A stretch of 64,000 nucleotides of DNA, taken from assembly GCA_964584985.1 (NCBI GenBank), contig CAZPBK010000001.1, positions 60,742 to 124,741 on the forward strand. The letters run 5' to 3'. Below the pieces are notes generated by a model that saw nothing but the letters and a program-made list of their open reading frames with translations, was not told where the DNA came from and ran no database searches. Numbering within the stretch: position 1 is the first letter of the stretch; every line of letters begins with the position of its first letter. This document shows positions 54,905 through 61,716 of the stretch, one piece after another. A program made the position numbers and the translations under genes. The stretch comes from an uncultured Gammaproteobacteria bacterium. GTDB taxonomy: Bacteria; Patescibacteriota; Patescibacteriia; UBA11705; JABHMO01.

Positions 54905-56594
54905 TATTTAATTCAATTAGTTTGTATAAATTTTCAGTTCCGCTAATATGACAAACATATTCCAAGCTAAGGTTTAGCTCAGTCAATTTGCCTTCGGAAA
55001 AAGCGATCACTTCATCAATCGGTCGCTCACTGTAATAATAACCTTGAAATTTGGTTTGCGGTATCTTTTGTAAGGCCTGAAAATGCTTGGTGCTATTCAG
55101 TTGTCTTATGATTTTATATTCATCGTCAAAAACCTTATCCGCCCAATTGGGAACAATTAAAATACTTGCATTCACCGGCGCTCTTTTTTTCACCAGCTCC
55201 AAACGCTCGGCATATCCGTCCAGAGTTTTTTCCACTTGCAACATACCCAGTTTTTTTTCAAAAAATGTTAAATACCCAGAAAAGGTTAAAAACAAAATTA
55301 AATACAAAGCAATAAACGATTTTTTATATTTCCCCAAACTCTTGGCCATAAAATTCAAGCCGATCACCGCAAAGGGCAAGCCGAAAATATAAATCGGTAA
55401 AAAATAACGCACATAAGAAATATCCAAGGTCGGTTTGGCCAAATCATAATTGCTATGATAAAGCCACAGCCACCAACTGCCGTAATAAACAAAAACCGCG
55501 ACCGAACTTAAACAATAGGTTAGCAAATAAAATTTTTCCGAGCGTTTTATTTTTTTTTTCATCAAATCAATAAACTTTTTGGCCAGACCTAAAAACAGAG
55601 GGATGGAAATCCACCAAAAAATCAGCAAAATAAATTTATAAAAATTCTCCATCAGTCTTTTTTCTTTAAAACCAAAAGGTGCGATAAAAGCCCGAGTTAA
55701 ATCCCAAACATTGTTATTTTTTTTAACCACCAAGGCTTGTTTGTTTTTATCATAATCGCGATCCGCTTGACTAATATCAATCAATTCAACTCGGTCGCCG
55801 TCGTCATTGTCCAATTTAGAGTAACCGGTGGTAAAAGATGAACCGTACAGAGTTTTATTCACCTCCAATACGGGCAAAGCCAAAACAATCATTAAAATCA
55901 AACCTACAGACAAATAAGACCATTTTATTTTTTTTCTTTGCCAAATAATCAAGCCCAGGACCATGACAGCGATCCACAAAAGCTCACTTGGACGCATCAA
56001 TACGGCCAAAGCCAAGCAAAAAGCCGACAAAACATAAAATAACAGTTTGCTTTTTTCATTTTCAAAAATTTTCACCCAAAAATATACAGCCAAAATCACC
56101 AAACTCAAAACCGGGATATTATTCATCATTCCCCTGTTGGAATAATAAAGAAAGACCGGATGCAAAGCCATTAAAAACCCGGAAAACAAGGCGATTTTTG
56201 GGCTGAAAAATCTTTTAATCAATCCGTAAAACGCCATCACGGCCAAAACTGCCAAAAGCGGAGTAAGATATTCAATTAAACTCAAGCCGATAATTTTTCC
56301 GATTAAACCGTAGACCATGATCATTCCGACAAAGCCCTGAGGTACCAACCGCCCATGAGAATTAACATTAAAACTGCGGCCCTGAATCTGCTTTTCCAAC
56401 TCCAAATTCAAAGGTTCGTCAATGGCGATTTGTCCCGTTTGGACATAATTTTTTATAAAAATAAAATTCGCGGTTTCATCCGGTGAATTGTAAATCTGAT
56501 CCGAGGTTAAAGCCAAAAAACTATATAAAATAAAGCAAAGCACCAAAAAAGCGCCCGCCAAAACAGGGAAATATTTTTTCAGATTTTTACTCAT
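54894..56594 (-). CDS. GT-C glycosyltransferase family 39 (PMT/ArnT-like)
   Basis: Polytopic, 566 aa. The conserved first-loop DE motif is present (NSPDETANFIF). Soluble C-terminal domain. Confidence 0.65.
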   Translation of the reverse strand: MSKNLKKYFPVLAGAFLVLCFILYSFLALTSDQIYNSPDETANFIFIKNYVQTGQIAIDEPLNLELEKQIQGRSFNVNSHGRLVPQGFVGMIMVYGLIGKIIGLSLIEYLTPLLAVLAVMAFYGLIKRFFSPKIALFSGFLMALHPVFLYYSNRGMMNNIPVLSLVILAVYFWVKIFENEKSKLLFYVLSAFCLALAVLMRPSELLWIAVMVLGLIIWQRKKIKWSYLSVGLILMIVLALPVLEVNKTLYGSSFTTGYSKLDNDDGDRVELIDISQADRDYDKNKQALVVKKNNNVWDLTRAFIAPFGFKEKRLMENFYKFILLIFWWISIPLFLGLAKKFIDLMKKKIKRSEKFYLLTYCLSSVAVFVYYGSWWLWLYHSNYDLAKPTLDISYVRYFLPIYIFGLPFAVIGLNFMAKSLGKYKKSFIALYLILFLTFSGYLTFFEKKLGMLQVEKTLDGYAERLELVKKRAPVNASILIVPNWADKVFDDEYKIIRQLNSTKHFQALQKIPQTKFQGYYYSERPIDEVIAFSEGKLTELNLSLEYVCHISGTENLYKLIELNNED

Positions 56595-56628
56595 AGCCTA
56601 ATTATTATACACTATTTGCCTGTTTTTA

Positions 56629-56656
56629 CAAAAAAATTCGGCCGCTCGGCGACCGA
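56629..56656 (-). terminator. Rho-independent terminator (minus strand) downstream of the GC-rich element
   Basis: Minus-strand read tcggtcgc-cga-gcggccga (an 8-bp stem with one G-U pair) followed by attttttt. Confidence 0.55.
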
Positions 56657-56681
56657 ATGTATGTTTTGAATTCCTTGTTGA

Positions 56682-56966
56682 TCAAAGCTTAATCAGAATC
56701 CTGCCCGGCTCATCATTTCCGTTACTCCAACGACCATTTTTAAAGCGAAACCCCAACTGTCGCATACGCTTGGACGGAACCGCTCTTTGCCCCCTTGGAG
56801 TGGTGTAAGTGCCCACGCGCCGGGTTCTCCCCAAAAAAAGAATCAATTCTTCTTGCTCCGAAATTTCACTCGGCTCTACTCGGCTACCGGATTTTGATTC
56901 CACCACTACGGCCGGATCCTGGCGACGAGCCACGGCAAGAACAGGAGTTGTCTCCATACCTTTCAT
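56682..56966 (-). CDS. GC-rich (~55-60%) 94-aa Arg-rich ORF with canonical SD; could alternatively be a structured RNA
   Basis: aaggagga-N3-ATG. The product is MKGMETTPVLAVARRQDPAVVVESKSGSRVEP...GRTRRVGTYTTPRGQRAVPSKRMRQLGFRFKNGRW.... GC content is about double the genome background, and its own terminator lies downstream. A tandem agccgagt motif occurs within. Confidence 0.35.
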   Translation of the reverse strand: MKGMETTPVLAVARRQDPAVVVESKSGSRVEPSEISEQEELILFLGRTRRVGTYTTPRGQRAVPSKRMRQLGFRFKNGRWSNGNDEPGRILIKL

Positions 56967-57203
56967 TTGTCCTCCTTGGTTTTAGTTAAAAAGTATAATT
57001 ATTATAGCGAATTAGCCAATTTCAGTCAAGCAAGAACAAAAGACTCCTTATTTTTATTAAACAGATTAATTCAACATAAATCAACTGACAAATCTATACT
57101 TAGCCCTAATTACCTTTACCTGTTTTTTGTTATTTTGACCTCTATCGCCTCATTTATGTGCTATTCACCAACGCTCCAAAACAAGAACACTAAATTTGTT
57201 CAA

Positions 57204-57240
57204 GACTAAAAAAAGCGTTAGCAATGAAGCAAACGCTTTT
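57204..57240. terminator. Bidirectional terminator hairpin (aaaagcgtt...aacgctttt)
   Basis: A 9-bp perfect stem with a 12-nt loop and T-runs on both strands. Downstream of the 57258..57554 CDS. Confidence 0.45.
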
Positions 57241-57257
57241 AATTTTTTTATTTCTTC

Positions 57258-57554
57258 TTACCCTTGCCGCCGGTCATTCTTTCGCTTCCCCCATTTCAGG
57301 AACAAGGCAATGCCCAGCAACAAAAACACAAACATCACCAAATAGACTGCCAACAGATGCTTAGCCGTCAACACAAAACCCAAAAAAAGGCTAAGCCCTA
57401 TCGCGACCAAACAGCCGATAATCACAAAAGCTACGGCAAAAGGCCAAAAAGAAAACAAAGCAATTCCAAACCCGATAATAGTCGCCAGTACGAGTCCGTT
57501 ATGAACGGCTTTACTCGTATTTCGCCCTTGTTTGTTTCCGTCCAAATCTTTCAT
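57258..57554 (-). CDS. Small integral membrane protein (3 TM)
   Basis: 98 aa: a polar N-terminus followed by three hydrophobic helices and a basic C-terminal tail. Confidence 0.45.
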   Translation of the reverse strand: MKDLDGNKQGRNTSKAVHNGLVLATIIGFGIALFSFWPFAVAFVIIGCLVAIGLSLFLGFVLTAKHLLAVYLVMFVFLLLGIALFLKWGKRKNDRRQG

Positions 57555-57624
57555 ATTGACCTCCTTTTAGCAATGAACAAATTGACCTTGAATTATAGCA
57601 GATTAAGAAAATATTGTCAATATC

Positions 57625-57652
57625 AAAAAATCGGCTAATGGCCGATTTTTTT
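57625..57652. terminator. Bidirectional terminator (atcggc-taatg-gccgat flanked by A6 and T6)
   Basis: Lies immediately downstream of the rpmG stop on the minus strand. Confidence 0.5.
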
Positions 57653-57661
57653 GCAATAACT

Positions 57662-57817
57662 TTATTTTGTTTCTTTATGCGGAGTATGCTTTTTACATTT
57701 TTTACAGTACTTTTTCAACTCTAGCTTTTCTTTAATGGATTTTTTGTTTCTGCGAGAAAAATAGTTTATATTTCCGCATTCTTTGCATTGCAACTTAATT
57801 AAATGTGTTTGTGACAT
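57662..57817 (-). CDS. rpmG: 50S ribosomal protein L33
   Basis: [51 protein letters not shown] is collinear with Bacillus-type L33 (C-x2-C...[15 protein letters not shown]). The true start is the internal ATG at 57817. The longer ORF-track frame (to 57940) would run through the tRNA-Thr gene. Confidence 0.85.
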   Translation of the reverse strand: MSQTHLIKLQCKECGNINYFSRRNKKSIKEKLELKKYCKKCKKHTPHKETK

Positions 57818-57869
57818 ATAATAAAATTTATTGTTTAAAATCAATCTCAGCCGAATTTTCAGAAAAACA

Positions 57870-57945
57870 CAGCTGAGAATGGAGCCAACGGAGGGATTCG
57901 AACCCACGACCGATGGTTTACAAAACCACTGCTCTACCAACTGAG
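57870..57945 (-). tRNA. trnT: tRNA-Thr (anticodon UGU), CCA end encoded
   Basis: Manual fold: acceptor GCCAACG/CGTTGGC, D-arm GCTC-AGTTGGTA-GAGC, anticodon stem GTGGT/ACCAT, loop TTTGTAA (anticodon TGT). T-loop TTCGAAT with one U-U mismatch in the T-stem. Discriminator U plus CCA. Confidence 0.8.
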
Positions 57946-57997
57946 CTACGTTGGCAAAAAGGTGTTGGCATTATAGCATAATCAGTAAATAATGCAA

Positions 57998-58025
57998 GAG
58001 TTTGAATAAAAAAAAGACAAAGCCG
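57998..58025 (-). terminator. Rho-independent terminator downstream of the PRTase-domain gene
   Basis: Minus-strand read gacaaagc-aacg-gctttgtc followed by T8. Confidence 0.6.
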
Positions 58026-58059
58026 TTGCTTTGTCTCATTTTATTACTTTTTGTCCCTC

Positions 58060-59154
58060 CTACCGGCCGGATCCTCCTTTTTCCAGACGGTTAATACTTT
58101 CTTCAATTGCTTTGACCACCGACCAATCCCGTTTTTTGCGGTAATGAAAAGGAATTCTGGGCAAATGCCCCACCTTCAAAATTCGCTTCTCACAGGTGAT
58201 GGCTTTGGTCTCTTTTTCAATAGCCAAACACAATTCAATGCTGAGATTCAGACAAAAAACCGAAAATTCTTTAACCTTGGAAATGGGAATTCCGGCCCAA
58301 GCCACCGGATTTCCCAATGGCATGATATAAGGCGCACAATAATTCCCCTCCATGGGTACGCCGAAATACCACTTGCCGATTTCTTCGTGGGAATGGTCAA
58401 ACAATTGCTCCCCCACAATTCGTCCGGAATAATCAACTCCCACAAAAAAATCTCGCTCGGCCACCCAATCGTGCACTCTTTGTCGGGAAAATCTTTCAAC
58501 CCATTCAAAGGGCACATCCAAGGTTTGACAATCCTTTGTCTCATCCCTTATCTCAATACCAATAATAAACTTTTCCACTTCAATCCCGGCACTACCCAGC
58601 AAACTCTTCACGGCCAGTAAAGACTTTCTGGTCCAAGTCCCATCATCAACCACAATCACACGTTTTTTGCGCATAGCCTTGATCCGCCCCTGATTAACAA
58701 TCCTGTCCAACTGTCTTTTGATACTAAGCTCGGTTTCCCTGGGACCGCGACCTATCTCAGACCAAGCAAAAAAAGGATTATTCTGTTCCATAATCTCGGA
58801 GAAATGCACTATGCGCCCCGTGTCAAAAAAGATATCAGCCGTACCTTGCTCCACATAGACCTTGTCCAAGGAAATTACCGGTACATCTTGGGACGCCTTG
58901 CTCAGATGTCGCAAAATTCCCGTTTTAACATATTCCCAAGGAAAGTAACTAAGAGCAATTCCATGCGGAGACAAAATCCTTTCCAATTTTTTTCGCAACT
59001 TTCCGGTTAAACGATCAAAAATCTTTTTGTCCGGTAAGTAAAAAAAACCCTTGCCGTTATTGATAGTCCTGCTGACTAAAACACGCAAATCCCCCGTTAA
59101 AATATAATCCTTAACCAAAGGTTCAGAATATAACAAATGATCACTCCTCGGCAT
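58060..59154 (-). CDS. Phosphoribosyltransferase-domain protein of unknown function, elevated GC, canonical SD
   Basis: Internal type-I PRTase-like PRPP-binding motif KKRVIVVDDGTWTRKS. ~150 aa N-terminal and ~170 aa C-terminal extensions have no recognised motifs. GC is ~43% against a ~30% background. ggagggagg sits 4 nt upstream of the ATG at 59154 (the ORF track starts 3 nt earlier at a TTG). Confidence 0.45.
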   Translation of the reverse strand: MPRSDHLLYSEPLVKDYILTGDLRVLVSRTINNGKGFFYLPDKKIFDRLTGKLRKKLERILSPHGIALSYFPWEYVKTGILRHLSKASQDVPVISLDKVYVEQGTADIFFDTGRIVHFSEIMEQNNPFFAWSEIGRGPRETELSIKRQLDRIVNQGRIKAMRKKRVIVVDDGTWTRKSLLAVKSLLGSAGIEVEKFIIGIEIRDETKDCQTLDVPFEWVERFSRQRVHDWVAERDFFVGVDYSGRIVGEQLFDHSHEEIGKWYFGVPMEGNYCAPYIMPLGNPVAWAGIPISKVKEFSVFCLNLSIELCLAIEKETKAITCEKRILKVGHLPRIPFHYRKKRDWSVVKAIEESINRLEKGGSGR

Positions 59155-59223
59155 CAAACCTCCCTCCGGGTCAAAAAGAATTAAATGAACAAATATTAAA
59201 AATTCCTTAAATATATCTTATCT

Positions 59224-60060
59224 CTATCTTGCTAAATCGTCAATTTTTAACAATATTTCTTCAACTCCCTTGGCAATCGGCTCCTTGGCTACATAATCAG
59301 CGTTTTTCTTAGCATCTTCACCGGCATTGCCGACAACAAAAAAGTAATTCATTTTACTTTTCAACGGTTTATCCAAAATGTCATCACCAATTACAATATT
59401 TTTATAATTCGGATACTTTTCCTTTAGAACCTGAAAAGCTTTTGCCTTGCTGGTTTCCTTGGGATAAGCCAATAAATTGGCAAATGAAGTTGTATATTCC
59501 AAATCAAAAGGATAGTTCTTTTTTTCAACCAATTCTTTCACTTTTTGATAAAATTCCTTGACCGCCGGAAGATGTTTTGCTAATTGACCGTTTTCAACTT
59601 TTTTGACATGAATACTCAAACTGTATTTTCTATATTGATTAACGAAAAAAATCACAGTATCCTCACCAGGTATTTCTTGAACATCCAAATGCTTGTTAAT
59701 GTCCGTGGTGTCACAATTAAAGATCCTGGAATCTTTAAACTCTTTTTTTACCAAGAAATCAATATCCCGCTTTAACTCTTTTAAGCTTTCAACCGTTTTA
59801 TCACTGACCAATATTTGCTCGGTTTCATTTTCCTGATCATAAATAAAACTACCGTTTTCGCCGATTAAAGGCCCATGTATGTCAAACATTTGAACCACTT
59901 CAAACAAATCCTCCAAAGATCTGTTGGAGTTAATAATAAATATCTCGCCTTCTTCTGAAAGTTGCTTTATTACAGAATTAATTGTCGGAGAATTGGAACG
60001 ATAATCAGTATCCAACAAAGTGCCGTCCACATCCAAGGTAATTAAATATTTATTTTTCAT
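59224..60060 (-). CDS. HAD-superfamily hydrolase, Cof-like (HAD-IIB) sugar-phosphate phosphatase
   Basis: Motif I ITLDVDGTLLD, motif II-like ..INSNRS, and C-terminal GDDILD/..VVGNA motifs. 278 aa. Confidence 0.65.
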   Translation of the reverse strand: MKNKYLITLDVDGTLLDTDYRSNSPTINSVIKQLSEEGEIFIINSNRSLEDLFEVVQMFDIHGPLIGENGSFIYDQENETEQILVSDKTVESLKELKRDIDFLVKKEFKDSRIFNCDTTDINKHLDVQEIPGEDTVIFFVNQYRKYSLSIHVKKVENGQLAKHLPAVKEFYQKVKELVEKKNYPFDLEYTTSFANLLAYPKETSKAKAFQVLKEKYPNYKNIVIGDDILDKPLKSKMNYFFVVGNAGEDAKKNADYVAKEPIAKGVEEILLKIDDLAR

Positions 60061-60123
60061 AAAAATTATTTTTCATTATATATTAAAAAAAAGATTCGGG
60101 TTTGTCAAATACCTGCCGTTTTT

Positions 60124-60160
60124 CAAAAAAAGCAGACACTTCTCATGTCTGTTTTTTTTT
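60124..60160 (-). terminator. Rho-independent terminator downstream of hisS
   Basis: Minus-strand read cagaca-tgagaag-tgtctg followed by cttttttt. Confidence 0.5.
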
Positions 60161-60168
60161 AGCTTGTT

Positions 60169-61473
60169 TTACTTGTTTATTTTTTCCAATATTTGGTTTA
60201 AAGTTAGCAAATCCTGCTCTCCTGTTTTCATATTTTTCAAACTGTACTTTTTTTGCTTATCCTCATCCTCTCCGATCAGAACAACATAGGGGATGTTGTA
60301 AGCATTGGCAAAATCCAAGGCTTGTTTTATCTTTTTTTCGGATAAGTTAATATCAGTGTTTAGACCGGCCTTTCTCAACTCCGAGGCAGCTTCCAAAGCT
60401 CTAAAATAATACTTTTTTTCAAAAGGCACAAAATAAACTTGAGCCACAGCTTTTTCATCTTGAACAATCCTTTTGTTCAATTTCATAGCCTCAAAAACAG
60501 TTTCCAAACCAAACCCCACTCCAATCGCAGGATACTCTTTCTTGGAATTAAGAAATCCGGAAATCATTTTGTCATAGCGACCGCCTCCGGCCAGAGAAGA
60601 ATCCAACTCAGACTGATCCTTTAAAAAGACTTCAAAAATATTTCCTGTGTAATAGTCCAAGCCTCTGGCCAATGATGGAATAAATTCTATTGATTCATTA
60701 TTTAAAACTCCCTTGATGGTTCGCTCCAATTCGTCCAAGCCGGAATCATCTCCCAATATCTCACGCAAATTACTAATTTTTTCCCTATTGGAACCTTGAA
60801 TGTTTATTGTTTTAATAATCGTTTCCACTTGATCTTCCTTTAGTCCCTTAGCTTTTAATTCTTCAATCACTTTGCTTTGTCCCATTTTTTCCAATTTATC
60901 CAAAGTTATTATAGTTGTGGCAAACAAATCCTCAGTTAAACCTGCATATTTTAATATGGAGTTTATAACTTTCCGGTTGTTTAAGCTGATTGTAATTTCC
61001 AAATCCAATTTTTCAAAAACTTCGTAAATAAGCTGTAAAATTTCAGCGTCGGCGTTTGTGCTTTTTACTCCCACCATATCAATATCAGCCTGCCAAAACT
61101 CCCTGTAACGACCCAGCTTTACCGGTCCATCGCGAAAAACCTGCCCGATTTGATAACGTTTGAACGGCATTTTCATATTGGGGTTCATTCCAACATATCG
61201 GGCAAAAGGTACGGTAAATTCAGTTCGTAAAACCAAGTCTCTGCCACCTTGGTCTTGAAGCTTGAAAGATTCTTTCATGGCATCGGATTCCTGTCCCGGA
61301 CCAAATTTTGAAGCAAAAAGATCATATCTCTCAATGATCGGGGTTTCAATCGGGTTGTAACCAAAAGACTCAAAAACTTGGCGCAAAGTTTTTACTATTT
61401 TATCTCTGGCTTTTTTTTCTTTCGGAGCAAAATCTCTGACTCCTTTGGCCCTTTTTAATATTTCCGATTTCAT
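60169..61473 (-). CDS. hisS: Histidine--tRNA ligase
   Basis: Class II motif 2 region YQIGQVFRDGPVKLGRYREFWQADID (the HisRS pattern FR.E.PQ.GR.R.F.Q). 434 aa with a C-terminal anticodon-binding domain. Confidence 0.85.
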   Translation of the reverse strand: MKSEILKRAKGVRDFAPKEKKARDKIVKTLRQVFESFGYNPIETPIIERYDLFASKFGPGQESDAMKESFKLQDQGGRDLVLRTEFTVPFARYVGMNPNMKMPFKRYQIGQVFRDGPVKLGRYREFWQADIDMVGVKSTNADAEILQLIYEVFEKLDLEITISLNNRKVINSILKYAGLTEDLFATTIITLDKLEKMGQSKVIEELKAKGLKEDQVETIIKTINIQGSNREKISNLREILGDDSGLDELERTIKGVLNNESIEFIPSLARGLDYYTGNIFEVFLKDQSELDSSLAGGGRYDKMISGFLNSKKEYPAIGVGFGLETVFEAMKLNKRIVQDEKAVAQVYFVPFEKKYYFRALEAASELRKAGLNTDINLSEKKIKQALDFANAYNIPYVVLIGEDEDKQKKYSLKNMKTGEQDLLTLNQILEKINK

Positions 61474-61493
61474 ATATTTTTTTTATAACCAAA

Positions 61494-61570
61494 TGGGGTG
61501 GACGACGGGACTTGAACCCGCGGCCTCTAGTACCACAAACTAGAGCTCTACCAACTGAGCTACGTCCACC
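61494..61570 (-). tRNA. trnH: tRNA-His (anticodon GUG) with genomically encoded G-1 and CCA
   Basis: Manual fold: extra 5' G, then acceptor GTGGACG/CGTCCAC, discriminator C (pairs with G-1), CCA. Anticodon stem CTAGT/ACTAG with loop TTGTGGT (anticodon GTG). It lies 20 nt upstream of hisS on the same strand. Confidence 0.85.
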
Positions 61571-61580
61571 ATATTTTTAT

Positions 61581-61609
61581 AAAAAACACCGGCTTTTGCC
61601 GGTCATTTT
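61581..61609 (-). terminator. Hairpin plus U-run (terminator or attenuator) between the CPA2 gene and tRNA-His
   Basis: Minus-strand read gaccggc-aaaa-gccggt followed by gttttttat. Confidence 0.45.
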
Positions 61610-61687
61610 AGTATATTCAAATTACAGACCAGCGACTACTGACTCAATCTATGATGACCCTTGTTCATTATTCTTTTCATGTATCAT

Positions 61688-61716
61688 ATATTAGCAAATT
61701 TTTTTGTAATTGTCAA
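61688..61716 (-). promoter_or_regulatory. Sigma70-like promoter candidate (TTGACA, 17-nt spacer, TAATAT) on the minus strand, reading toward tRNA-His/hisS
   Basis: The -35 element overlaps the stop codon of the upstream antiporter gene. Spacing is exactly 17 nt. Its function is inferred only. Confidence 0.3.

Noticed and set aside
56640-56980. GC-rich tract interpreted as RNase P RNA, tmRNA, SRP RNA or a T-box/riboswitch
   Set aside because: I looked on the minus strand for P4 (AGGAAAGUCCGGGCUCC / ACAGAAACCCGGCUUA), for the tmRNA tRNA-like 3' end (GGUUCGAAUCC...CCACCA) and an ALAA-type tag frame, and for the T-box AAnnnGGGUGGnACCGCG. None of these is present. It is kept as an open question (SD-bearing Arg-rich ORF vs unknown ncRNA) rather than a named RNA.
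56795-57209. Plus-strand ORFs 56795..56989 and 56967..57209
   Set aside because: The first is the antisense frame of the GC-rich minus-strand element. The second lies in AT-rich intergenic DNA between two terminators, with no SD or motif. Both are most likely spurious.
57662-57940. ORF-track 92-aa version of the L33 gene
   Set aside because: The N-terminal 41 residues ([20 protein letters not shown]...) are the reverse-complement reading of the tRNA-Thr gene and its flank. The conserved L33 sequence starts at the internal ATG at 57817, so the gene is called 57662..57817.
59155-59157. TTG start for the PRTase-domain gene as listed in the ORF track (MMPRSD...)
   Set aside because: The adjacent ATG at 59152-59154 sits 4 nt downstream of a GGAGGGAGG SD and is the more plausible start. 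The track's first M is a translated TTG.
61571-61712. T-box riboswitch leader for hisS
   Set aside because: The leader is at most ~120 nt and lacks the T-box consensus and a specifier-loop architecture. tRNA-His lies between the hairpin and hisS. The hairpin is treated as a simple terminator or attenuator only.
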